Of a stretch of DNA of 32,273 nucleotides, positions 1 through 8,296 are shown piece after piece; the first letter of the stretch is position 1, and each line of letters begins with the position of its first letter. The position numbers and the translations under genes were made by a program. The stretch lies in the NCBI GenBank assembly GCA_005888925.1, contig VBCP01000089.1, positions 1 to 32,273 on the forward strand, in the 5' to 3' direction. Under the pieces are notes generated by a model that was not told the DNA's origin, searched no databases, and worked only from the letters and a program-made list of their open reading frames with translations. Source of the stretch: Betaproteobacteria bacterium (lineage in GTDB: Bacteria > Pseudomonadota > Gammaproteobacteria > Burkholderiales > SG8-39).

Positions 1-1443
1 AAAGGCGTGAAGAAGGTGGTGCAGGTGGGCGACAGCGCGGTTGCGGTCGTCGCCGACAGCTGGTGGCAGGCGAAGACGGCGCTCGATGCGCTGCCGATCG
101 TGTGGGACGAGGGCGAAAACGCCAAGGTGTCGAGCGCCACCATCGCGGAGATACTGAAGGCGGGCCTGGATGCGGATCAGGCTTTCGTCGGCAACCAGAA
201 CGGCAACGCGAAAGAGGCGCTCGCCGGCGCGGCGAAGAAGGTGGAGGCGGTCTACGCCTATCCCTTCCAGAACCACGCCTGCATGGAGCCGATGAACATG
301 ACCGCGCGCTACACGCCCGAGCGCTGCGAAGTCTGGGGCCCGACGCAACACGGCGAGGCCGCTTTCGCAGCGGTCCTCGCTGCATCGGGGCTGCCCGCGG
401 ACAAGGTCGATGTCTACAAAACCATGCTCGGCGGCGGCTTCGGCCGGCGCGGCGGCTACCCCAACGACTACGTGACGCAGGCGGTGCTGATCGCCAAGCA
501 GATGCCAGGCACGCCGATCAAGATGCTGTGGTCGCGCGAAGAGGACATGCTGCACGGCCGCTATCACCCGATCATGCAGTCCAGGCTCGTTGGTGGCCTC
601 GACGCGAGCGGCAACCTCACCGGGCTGTACATGCGGCTCTCCGGGCAGTCGATCCTCGCCGCGGTGCGGCCGGAGGTGGTGCAGGCGCAGAAGGGCAGGG
701 ACCCGCTCAGCTTCCAGGGCGTCTTCGAGAGCGGCGAGCACTCGTTCAGCTACACGGTGCCGAACCTCCTGATCGACCATGCGATGCGCAACACGCATGT
801 GCCGCCGGGCTTCTGGCGCGGCGTCAACATCAACCAGAACGCGATCTTCATCGAGTGCTTCATGGATGAGCTCGCCGAGGCGGCGGGGCAGGACGCGCTG
901 GAGTTCCGGCGCAAGCTCCTCGCCGACAACCCGCGCGGCTGGGGCGTGCTCAAGGCCGCGGCGGACAAGATCGGCTGGGGCAAGCCCGCGCCTAAGGGCA
1001 GGTTCCGCGGGCTCTCGGTGCTGAAAGCGTTCAACAGCTACGTGGCGGGAGCCGCCGAGATCTCGGTGACCGGCGGCAACAAGGTGAAGGTGCATCGCCT
1101 CGTCGGCGCCACCGATCCGGGCTACGCGGTGAACCCGGCGCAGATCGAGCGCCAGGTGGCGGGCTCGTTCGTCTACGGCCTTTCGGCGGCCTTCTTCCAG
1201 GAGTGCACGGTGAAGGACGGCCGCATCGAGCAGACGAACTTCCACGACTACAACTCGATGCGCATTGCGCAGATGCCCAAGGTCGAGGCGATCCTGATGC
1301 CGACCGGCGGAGCCGTGTGGGGCGGCGTCGGCGAGCCGACGATCTGCGTCGCCGCACCGGCAGTGTTGAATGCGTTGTATCGCGCGACCGGCAAACGCAT
1401 CCGCTCGGTGCCGCTCAAGAACCACGGCTTCGAGATGGTGTGA
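1..1443 (+). CDS. Molybdopterin-binding large (beta) subunit of a xanthine dehydrogenase/aldehyde oxidase-family dehydrogenase (IorB-type). C-terminal ~480 aa only; the 5' end is outside the window.
   Basis: Frame is open from base 1. GGGFGRRG motif and overall IorB-like C-terminal sequence (YAVNPAQIERQVAGSFVYGL, GEPTICVAAPAVLNA). The stop overlaps the next start (GTGTGA). Confidence 0.8.
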   Translation, partial: KGVKKVVQVGDSAVAVVADSWWQAKTALDALPIVWDEGENAKVSSATIAEILKAGLDADQAFVGNQNGNAKEALAGAAKKVEAVYAYPFQNHACMEPMNMTARYTPERCEVWGPTQHGEAAFAAVLAASGLPADKVDVYKTMLGGGFGRRGGYPNDYVTQAVLIAKQMPGTPIKMLWSREEDMLHGRYHPIMQSRLVGGLDASGNLTGLYMRLSGQSILAAVRPEVVQAQKGRDPLSFQGVFESGEHSFSYTVPNLLIDHAMRNTHVPPGFWRGVNINQNAIFIECFMDELAEAAGQDALEFRRKLLADNPRGWGVLKAAADKIGWGKPAPKGRFRGLSVLKAFNSYVAGAAEISVTGGNKVKVHRLVGATDPGYAVNPAQIERQVAGSFVYGLSAAFFQECTVKDGRIEQTNFHDYNSMRIAQMPKVEAILMPTGGAVWGGVGEPTICVAAPAVLNALYRATGKRIRSVPLKNHGFEMV

Positions 1444-1844
1444 GGTTTTTGCTCCTCATCCTTCCATTTCTATTCTTCGGCAAGGCTCTGGGAGATGACG
1501 CAATCCCGGCCTCGCTCACGGGCGCCAAAGGCGACCCGCAGCGGGGCCGGGCGATCGTCGCCAACCGGCAGGTCGGCCTTTGCCTGCTGTGCCACAGCGG
1601 GCCATTTCCGGAGGAGCGCTTTCAAGGAAACCTCGCGCCCGACCTGCGCTCCGCGGCGCGGCTGACCGAGGGTGAGCTCCGCTTGCGCTTGGTCGACCCC
1701 GCCCGCGCGAATCCGCAGACCATCATGCCGGCGTACTACCGCACCGAAGGACTCACGCGCGTCGCACCGTCGCTGCGCGGCAAGTCGATACTCACGGCCG
1801 AGCAGATCGAAGATGTGGTCGCCTACCTTGTGACGCTGAAATGA
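1440..1844 (+). CDS. soxX: Monoheme c-type cytochrome, SoxX-like
   Basis: GTG at 1440 overlaps the upstream stop. Hydrophobic N-terminus (RFLLLILPFLFFGKALG), single CLLCH heme motif, SoxX-like tail (IMPAYYRTEGL...LTAEQIEDVVAYL). Confidence 0.75.
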   Translation: MRFLLLILPFLFFGKALGDDAIPASLTGAKGDPQRGRAIVANRQVGLCLLCHSGPFPEERFQGNLAPDLRSAARLTEGELRLRLVDPARANPQTIMPAYYRTEGLTRVAPSLRGKSILTAEQIEDVVAYLVTLK

Positions 1845-2311
1845 CCAGCCGGCGCCAATTCCTGTTGCTGACGTGCGGTGCGCTTGCGGCCGGCGAGGCT
1901 GTGGCTCAGCTCGACCCGAACATAGCCGCCAAGCGCGAAGCGGCGCTGCGCGCGGCGATCGGCAAGATCACCGACGGTAAGCCGATCCGCACCGGCAAGG
2001 TGAAGCTGCAGGTGCCGCCGCTCATCGACAACGGCAACACCGTGCCGCTCGCCGTGGCGGTCGAGAGCCCGATGACGGCCGAGAACCATGTCAAGGCGAT
2101 CCACGTCCTCACCGAGAAGAATCCGCAGCCCTATGTGCTGAGCGCGCATCTGGGTCCGCGCGCGGGACGCGCGAGCCTCTCCACCCGCGCGCGCATCGCC
2201 GACACGGGGCGCGTCATCGCGATCGCACAGATGTCCGACGGCTCGTTCTGGCAGGACAGCGTCTCGGTGGTGGTGACGCTTTCCGCCTGCCTCGAGGACG
2301 GGCTGATCTGA
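1841..2311 (+). CDS. SoxY-family sulfur carrier with a non-canonical C-terminal arm (ends ...TLSACLEDGLI instead of GGCGG)
   Basis: Twin-arginine signal (MTSRRQFLLL). SoxY-like core (VKLQVPPLIDNGNTVPLAVAVESPM...HVKAIHVL). ATGA overlap with soxX. Confidence 0.75.
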   Translation: MTSRRQFLLLTCGALAAGEAVAQLDPNIAAKREAALRAAIGKITDGKPIRTGKVKLQVPPLIDNGNTVPLAVAVESPMTAENHVKAIHVLTEKNPQPYVLSAHLGPRAGRASLSTRARIADTGRVIAIAQMSDGSFWQDSVSVVVTLSACLEDGLI

Positions 2312-2631
2312 TGGCGCGCGTGGCGATCACCGCGCCGTCGAGCGCGAAGAAGGGCGAGATCATCGAGATCAAGACGCTCGCCGCGCACGTCATGGAGAAC
2401 GGCTTTCGCCGCACGCAGGAGGGCGCGCTGATCCCGCGCGACATCATCACGCAGTTCGTCTGCACCTATAACGGCGTCGAGATCTTCCGCGCCGAGCTGC
2501 ACCCGGCGATGGCGGCGAACCCGCTGATCGCCTTCACCACCGTCGCCACCGAGAGCGGCACGCTGGAATTCAAGTGGACCGGCGACAACGGCTACGCCGA
2601 GACGCAGTCGGCGAGCCTCAGCGTCTCTTGA
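2311..2631 (+). CDS. soxZ: SoxZ thiosulfate-oxidation carrier complex subunit
   Basis: 106 aa. SoxZ-like sequence (KKGEIIEIKTL..HVMENGFRR......FKWTGDNG). TGATG overlap with the soxY-like gene. Confidence 0.8.
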   Translation: MARVAITAPSSAKKGEIIEIKTLAAHVMENGFRRTQEGALIPRDIITQFVCTYNGVEIFRAELHPAMAANPLIAFTTVATESGTLEFKWTGDNGYAETQSASLSVS

Positions 2632-3359
2632 GGGCCGCCGCCCTCGTCCTCTCCATGCTGTGCATGTCGCTCCAGGCGGGGGAGATTCCGCTCGGCGAGC
2701 GCCGCTCCGGCTACGAGTTCATGGGGCGCGATACGCGCGCCATGCAGGACGACGACAGCACCAACCCGGCGCTCTTCTGGCTGATGGACGGCGAGACGCT
2801 GTGGAAGCGCAAGGACGGCGTCGCCGCCTGCTCGAGCTGCCACGAGACCATGAAAGGCGTGGCCGCGCGCTACCCCAAGGTCGCCGGCGGCCGCGCGGTG
2901 AACCTCGAGCAGCAGATCAATGCCTGCCGCAGCGAGCGGCAGAAGGCCGCGCCATTGGCCTACGAGAGCCGGGAGCTGCTCGCACTTACCGCCTACGTGG
3001 CGCGCCAGTCGCGCGGCATGCCGATCGAGGCGGGCTGGAACGAAAGGACCGAAGCAGGACGCGCGCTCTTCACCCGCCGGCAGGGCCAGCTGAACCTCGC
3101 CTGCACCCAGTGCCACGACGACAACTGGGGCAAGCAGCTCTCCGGCACCACCATCCCGCAGGCGCATCCCACCGGCTACCCGATCTACCGGCTCGAGTGG
3201 CAGGACATGGGCTCGCTGCAGCGGCGGCTGCGCAACTGCATGATCGGCGTGCGCGCCGAGCCGTATCCGTACGGCTCGGCGGAGCTCGTCGATCTCGAGC
3301 TTTACCTGATGTGGCGCGCTCGCGGCATGAAGCTCGAGACGCCCGCGGTGCGGCCTTAG
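2628..3359 (+). CDS. soxA: Diheme c-type cytochrome SoxA
   Basis: Two heme motifs (CSSCHE, CTQCHD) and the conserved region [13 protein letters not shown] with the Cys heme-ligand position. Start assigned to TTG 2628 (TTGA overlap with soxZ), which gives the signal peptide [19 protein letters not shown] 2655 is an alternative. Confidence 0.8.
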   Translation: MRAAALVLSMLCMSLQAGEIPLGERRSGYEFMGRDTRAMQDDDSTNPALFWLMDGETLWKRKDGVAACSSCHETMKGVAARYPKVAGGRAVNLEQQINACRSERQKAAPLAYESRELLALTAYVARQSRGMPIEAGWNERTEAGRALFTRRQGQLNLACTQCHDDNWGKQLSGTTIPQAHPTGYPIYRLEWQDMGSLQRRLRNCMIGVRAEPYPYGSAELVDLELYLMWRARGMKLETPAVRP

Positions 3360-4363
3360 AACAATCGCGCCAGCCGCTCGCGGTTGGGCGCGAGCACGAC
3401 GCCTTTCTCGCAGATGATCCCGGTGATCAGCTCGGCCGGCGTCACGTCGAACGCCGGGTTGCGCACCTGCACGCCCTTCGGCGCCCAGCGCATCTTGCGA
3501 TAGCCGGTCACCTCGTCGGCCGGCCGCTCCTCGATCGGAATGTGCGAGCCGTCGGAGATCTTCGGATCGAAGGTCGAAAGCGGCGCCGCGACGTAGAACG
3601 GCACGCCATGGCGCTTGGCCAGCACGGCGAGCGCATAGGTGCCGATCTTGTTCGCCACGTCGCCATTCGCGGCGATGCGATCCGCGCCCACCACCACGAC
3701 GTCGACCTCGCCTTTGCTCATCAGGTGACCGGCCATGCTGTCGGTGATCAGCGTGCAGGGGATGCCTTCCTGGAGGCATTCCCAGGCAGTGAGCCGCGCG
3801 CCCTGCAGGTAGGGGCGGGTCTCGCAGGCGATTACCGAGATTTTCTTTCCCTTGGACGAGCGCACCACGCCCAGCGCCGTTCCATACCCGGCGGTCGCCA
3901 GGGCGCCCGCGTTGCAGTGGGTCATGACGCGCGCCCGCTCGGCGATAAGGGGCGCGCCAAGCTCGCCGATCGCCCGATTCGCCGCCAGGTCCTCCTCGTA
4001 AATCGCCTTGGCCTCGGCCTCGAGGTCCTTTGCCCGCTTCATGCGATCGAGCGCCCAGAAAAGATTCACCGCGGTCGGCCGGCTCTGGCGCAGCGCCTCG
4101 TAAGCCTTGGGCGAACCTTTGCCGAGCACGACGCCGAACGCGGCGGCGCAGCCGATCGCCGGCGCGCCGCGCACCACCATGTCACGGATTGCCTTCGCGA
4201 CCTGCTCGGCCGTGCGGCAACTGACGTAGATCTTCTTGTCGGGGAGCAAGCGCTGGTCCAGAAGCTCGAGCCGGTCGCCGCGCCAGCGAATCGGTTGTAC
4301 TGCAGAAATCCCACGGCGCTTCGCGCCACCCCCCTTATCAGGGGGGCGAAGGCGCTTATTCAT
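3356..4363 (-). CDS. mtnA: S-methyl-5-thioribose-1-phosphate isomerase (eIF-2B alpha/beta/delta family)
   Basis: MtnA-like motifs: [70 protein letters not shown]. Start ATG 4363 overlaps the upstream stop (ATGA). The longer track ORF to 4621 is rejected. Confidence 0.9.
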   Translation of the reverse strand: MNKRLRPPDKGGGAKRRGISAVQPIRWRGDRLELLDQRLLPDKKIYVSCRTAEQVAKAIRDMVVRGAPAIGCAAAFGVVLGKGSPKAYEALRQSRPTAVNLFWALDRMKRAKDLEAEAKAIYEEDLAANRAIGELGAPLIAERARVMTHCNAGALATAGYGTALGVVRSSKGKKISVIACETRPYLQGARLTAWECLQEGIPCTLITDSMAGHLMSKGEVDVVVVGADRIAANGDVANKIGTYALAVLAKRHGVPFYVAAPLSTFDPKISDGSHIPIEERPADEVTGYRKMRWAPKGVQVRNPAFDVTPAELITGIICEKGVVLAPNRERLARLF

Positions 4364-6330
4364 ACGACGCGCTCGTTGCCGCCATCGACGGGCACCTGCG
4401 CCGCCGTGGTCTTCGCGAAGAGCGGCCCGCACATCTCGGCGGCGAGTTCGGCCACGTCCTTGGACGACACCTCGGCCTTCAGCAGGTTGTTTTTCTTGTA
4501 CTGCTCGACCGTCATGTTGTAGGCCTTGGCGCGCGAGGCCAGCACTTCCTCGGTCCACAGCCCGGTGTCGAAGACCTGGTTGGGGTGCAGCGAGTTGATG
4601 CGGATGCCGTCCTTCGCCCACTCGAGCGCGGCGACCCTGGCGAGCTGGTTGAGCGCTGCCTTGGACGCCGAGTAGGCGGCAGCACCCGGTCCGGGCGCCG
4701 GCACGTTCTTCGAGCCGATGACGACGATGCGGCCGCCGCGCGGCGCGAGCTTGAGCAGCGGATGGCAGGCCTGCATCACGAGCAGGTTGGCTTCCACGTT
4801 CACCGACATGGCGCTGCGCCAGCTCTCGGCGGCGATGTCCTGGATCGCCTGGGAGGAGGGGAAGATCCCCGCGTTCAGCACCAGCATGTCGACGCCGCCG
4901 AAGCGGCGCACCGCCGCGTCGAGCGCTGTATCGATCGCCTTGGCATCGGTCAGATCGCAGGTGATACCGAGCACATCGGCCCGCTTCCAGAGCGTCGTTA
5001 TCGCCGGATTGCGATCCAGGCCGACGACCGCGGCGCCGCGCTTTAGAAAAGATTCGACGCAGGCCTTGCCGATGCCCGAGGCGGCGCCGGTGACGAGCAC
5101 GATCTCGCCGGTGAAAAGCGGCGGCGAGCCGGCCTTGCGCAGCTTCGCCTGCTCCAAGTCCCAGTACTCGATGTCGAAGGTGTGGCGCTGGTCGAGCGCG
5201 CGCCAGCCGCCGAGCGCTTCCGCGCGCAGGATGACGTCGATGGTGTGCTCGTAGAGCTCTTCGACGATCGCGGTGTCCTTCGCCGTGCGGCCAGCAGCCG
5301 CAAAGCCGAGTGCCGGGTCGAGTGCCATGCGCGGCGCGGCGTCCAGCATGGTCTTCTTCTCCTTGGCGGCGTTGGCGTGGCGCTCGAAATATTCGCCGTA
5401 GCGCTTCGCATACCCCGGCACATCGCGGCCGAGCATCGGAACCGGCTTGGTGCGAATCACATGATCGGGCGTCGCCGGCCCCTGCTGGGAGAGCTTCTCC
5501 ACCTCCGGGCGCTGCGCGAAGCCCAGAAATTTGGCGCTGTCGTTGACCCGAACCACGAGCGGCAGGCCGGCCTGGTCCGAGATCGAGCGGCGCAGCGCGG
5601 CGATTTCCGCACGCTTGGCGCTCGCAGTGCGCGCCGGCGGCGGAGCGACATGCCAGGCCTTCTTGCGCTGCAGGTATTCCTCCGCCATCGAGACGAGCTC
5701 GATCATGCGCTCGTAGGACTCACGCGCATCGGCGCCGAACGAAAAGACGCCGTGCGACAGGAGCACCATGCCGATGGTGCGCTTGCCGGCCTGGCGCGGA
5801 AACTCGCGCGCACAGTAGGCGGCGAGATCGAAGCCCGCCATGATGTACGGAATCACGGCGACGCGATCGCCGTAGATCTCGCGCACGCGCTTTTCGCCCT
5901 CCGGCGCGTTCGACACCGAGAGCACGGCGTCGGCGTGCGTGTGATCGACGTAGGTGTGCGGCAGGATCGCGTGCAGGATGGTCTCGACCGAAGGCGAGGG
6001 CGCCCCGGCGCGCAGCATGTGCGTGTTGAGCTCGTTCACCATCTGCGGGTCGGGCAGGCTGGGGAGCGCCGCGAGCCGGCGCACGTAGCCGAGCGTCACG
6101 GGGGTGAAGCCGGCAGCCTCGATGGTCTCGAGATCCCAGCCGCTGCCTTTCACGTAGAGGATGTCCTCGTCCTCGCCGAAGAGATTCTTCTCGCGCAGCT
6201 TGACCGAGGTATTGCCGCCGCCGTGCAGGACCAGCGACTTGTCGCGGCCCAGCAGCCGCGAGGTATAGACGCGCGGCCCGAGCGCGCCGCTGAACTGCGC
6301 CGCTTCGGCGTCGCTCCAGAGACTTTTCAT
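4360..6330 (-). CDS. Bifunctional class II aldolase/adducin-domain + short-chain dehydrogenase fusion (RhaEW-like architecture)
   Basis: N-terminal aldolase-like part ([18 protein letters not shown]). C-terminal SDR part ([23 protein letters not shown]). Start taken at ATG 6330 (MKSLWSD); ATG 6357 is an alternative. Confidence 0.85.
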   Translation of the reverse strand: MKSLWSDAEAAQFSGALGPRVYTSRLLGRDKSLVLHGGGNTSVKLREKNLFGEDEDILYVKGSGWDLETIEAAGFTPVTLGYVRRLAALPSLPDPQMVNELNTHMLRAGAPSPSVETILHAILPHTYVDHTHADAVLSVSNAPEGEKRVREIYGDRVAVIPYIMAGFDLAAYCAREFPRQAGKRTIGMVLLSHGVFSFGADARESYERMIELVSMAEEYLQRKKAWHVAPPPARTASAKRAEIAALRRSISDQAGLPLVVRVNDSAKFLGFAQRPEVEKLSQQGPATPDHVIRTKPVPMLGRDVPGYAKRYGEYFERHANAAKEKKTMLDAAPRMALDPALGFAAAGRTAKDTAIVEELYEHTIDVILRAEALGGWRALDQRHTFDIEYWDLEQAKLRKAGSPPLFTGEIVLVTGAASGIGKACVESFLKRGAAVVGLDRNPAITTLWKRADVLGITCDLTDAKAIDTALDAAVRRFGGVDMLVLNAGIFPSSQAIQDIAAESWRSAMSVNVEANLLVMQACHPLLKLAPRGGRIVVIGSKNVPAPGPGAAAYSASKAALNQLARVAALEWAKDGIRINSLHPNQVFDTGLWTEEVLASRAKAYNMTVEQYKKNNLLKAEVSSKDVAELAAEMCGPLFAKTTAAQVPVDGGNERVV

Positions 6331-6359
6331 CCGGCTGCCTTTGTGATTTGCATCCAAAT

Positions 6360-6365
6360 TATACT
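6360..6365 (+). promoter_or_regulatory. -10-like hexamer TATACT, 9 nt upstream of the GNAT ATG 6375
   Basis: AT-rich hexamer in the 44-nt divergent spacer. No Shine-Dalgarno before 6375. Confidence 0.25.
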
Positions 6366-6374
6366 TTTCGCGGC

Positions 6375-6812
6375 ATGGTGAAAATCGAACTGCTCGACTG
6401 GGCGGCGGCGCAAGCCGAAGCGCAGCGCATCCGCTTCGCGGTGTTCGTCGAGGAGCAGGGCGTGCCGGCCGAGCTGGAGATGGACGATCAGGATGCGCAT
6501 TGCCTCCACGCGCTCGCCTATTGGACAGATGCCGATGCAGCCGACGGGCGGGCGATCGGCACCGGCCGCCTGCTGCCCGATGGTCATATCGGACGCATGG
6601 CGGTGCTCAAGGACTGGCGCCGCCGCGGTGCCGGGCGGGCGCTGCTTCGCACGCTCATCGACGCCGCGCGCCGGCGCGGCGACCGCGAGGTGATGCTGTC
6701 GGCGCAAGTGCACGCGCTCGACTTCTATCGCGCCGAAGGCTTCAGGCCCGAAGGCCCCGAGTACGAGGAAGCCGGCATCGCGCACCAGGCGATGCGGATG
6801 AAGCTAGGCTGA
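6375..6812 (+). CDS. GNAT family N-acetyltransferase (YjcF-like)
   Basis: GRMAVLKDWRRRGAGRALL acetyl-CoA binding motif; FYRAEGF. Start ATG 6375; the TTG 6348 extension is less likely. Confidence 0.8.
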   Translation: MVKIELLDWAAAQAEAQRIRFAVFVEEQGVPAELEMDDQDAHCLHALAYWTDADAADGRAIGTGRLLPDGHIGRMAVLKDWRRRGAGRALLRTLIDAARRRGDREVMLSAQVHALDFYRAEGFRPEGPEYEEAGIAHQAMRMKLG

Positions 6813-7378
6813 GAACTGGAACTGCACGGTGGCACCTTCGGACCCGTCGGACTCGAAGCTGCGCTCGGCGTAGCGCATCTGCTTTGCGTCGTCGAGCAGC
6901 ACCGTGGAACAGCGCGTTCCGTATTCCGGGTTGAGGATCTTTGCCTGCGCCAGCACGCTGAATAGCGCTTCGACGGCCGGCGGCGTGTCGGCGACGCGTT
7001 GCTTGAGCGGCTGCACCTCCGGCGAATCGAGCAACAGATTGCCAAGTGCGTAGTACTCGCGGCCCGCTTCGCCACGTCGGCCATATATGCAGCAGGTGTA
7101 GGTTCATTCGCCAAAAACCCCGTGACCAAGGCCCCGCGCGATTCCGCCGCGGAAGGCTCGCGTGCACCGCGGTAGTTGGTGACTGCCGCGAACTTGCCGC
7201 CGCGGCTCACGCCCATCCACGTCCCCATCGCTTCGAGATCGCGCCCGGCGAGGATCGCGGGCCGGTCGCGCCAGAACGCGGCCGGCGCTGCCGGACGGCG
7301 ATGGAATTCATCGCGGTTGGCGGCGACCAGCAGCCGATAGCGCGGATGCGCCTGCCAGCCGATGACGATCAGGCAGAT
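6804..7378 (-). pseudogene. NRDE-family (TANGO2/DUF833-like) gene. Frame-disrupted, with ATC where the Met codon is expected.
   Basis: The N-terminal part (ICLIVIGWQAHPRYRLLVAANRDEF...) is in one frame. The C-terminal part (EYYALGNLLLDSPEVQPL...RCSTVLLDD) is in another. The frame change lies near 7055-7075. Confidence 0.7.
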
Positions 7379-7623
7379 ACGAAGAGCTCCGTCCTGCGCT
7401 GCACGCCCAGCTTGCCGCCTTCGCGCGCAAGCACGGCTTCGAATGACGCCGTGTCCTTCACCCCTTCGTAGACTTCCATATAGGTCACCGGATCGTCGCG
7501 CCGGTGCATCCAGCGCCCGCGCACGCCGCATTCGCGCTCGATGGCGGCGAACATCCGCTCGACGCCGGCGCGTACTTCCGGGAGCCGCGCGAGATCCACC
7601 TTGTAATAGACGTAGTAGTTCAG
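7369..7623 (-). CDS. DUF4936-family small protein
   Basis: NYYVYYKVDLARLPEV...RWMHRRDDPVTYMEVYEG matches the family pattern. There is no ATG/GTG/TTG at the expected start; CTG 7623-7621 overlaps the ygfZ stop (CTGA). Confidence 0.6.
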   Translation of the reverse strand: MNYYVYYKVDLARLPEVRAGVERMFAAIERECGVRGRWMHRRDDPVTYMEVYEGVKDTASFEAVLAREGGKLGVQRRTELFVSA

Positions 7624-8290
7624 ATCGGCAGGACGGCGAGGAGCTCCGTGCCGTCTTCGGCGGGCGCCACGTCGACCACCGTGCCGCCGTTGAACTCCTG
7701 CCCCGGCTGCAACGTGACGCCGGCGGGCGCGCGCGCGTGCACCATGCGCCGCTTCACCTGGCCGCGGTACTGCGCGCGCGCGACGATTTCCTGTCCCGGA
7801 TACGGGTGATGAGCGGCCGGCCGGCGCGGATCTCCTGCAGCGTCCACTGCACTTCGTCGGCAGTCGCGGGCTCCTTGAGCTCGGCGGTCGGGCCGAGCTC
7901 AAGGAATCGCCGCTCGCCCACGCGCACGGTGGCGATGTTTCCACGCCACGCCACGTCGCGCGGCTCGTAGTCGGCGTCCCAGACGCCGAACTGGGCCCAG
8001 GCGTCGCTCTCGTCGGCAATCTTTACCTTCGCGCGCAGCACGAACATGGCAAGGCGCTTCGCGACCGGCGCGGCGAGGTCGCGCGCGAGCTGCAGCAGGA
8101 AACCGTCTGGCGAGGGGATCACGAGAAAGCTTGCAAGCAGCCTTCCATTCGCTGAGCACCAGCCCGCGAGCGCCCAGCGCTCGGCTGGAAGGTTTTCGAT
8201 GTCGTTGGTGAGCTGCGCGTGAAGGAATGCACGCGCATCGCTCCCCGTCACGGAGAGCAGACCATAGCGGGTGAGGCGCGCGCGCTGCAT
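7620..8290 (-). pseudogene. ygfZ: Folate-binding tRNA-modification protein YgfZ; frame-disrupted and apparently shortened
   Basis: N-terminal part MQRARLTRYGLLSVTGSDARAFLHAQLTND...EIRAGRPLIT. The C-terminal part YPGQEIVARAQYRGQVKRR... is in a different frame. The junction is at about 7803-7806. Confidence 0.75.
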
Positions 8291-8296
8291 CGTAGA

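Noticed and set aside
2592-4522. Very long ORFs (2592-3779 minus, 2660-4522 plus) overlapping soxA and mtnA
   Set aside because: Their translations are Arg/Ala/Gly/Pro-rich, low-complexity and typical of off-frame or antisense reading of GC-rich coding DNA. Both overlap genes with clear family motifs.
4364-4621. N-terminal 86-aa extension of the mtnA ORF (track ORF 3356-4621)
   Set aside because: The extension overlaps the 3' end of the aldolase-SDR gene and is low-complexity. ATG 4363 gives an ATGA-coupled start and an MtnA-like N-terminus.
5182-6381. 399-aa plus-strand ORF antisense to the aldolase-SDR gene
   Set aside because: Antisense shadow ORF with no recognisable motifs. The minus-strand gene carries clear aldolase and SDR signatures.
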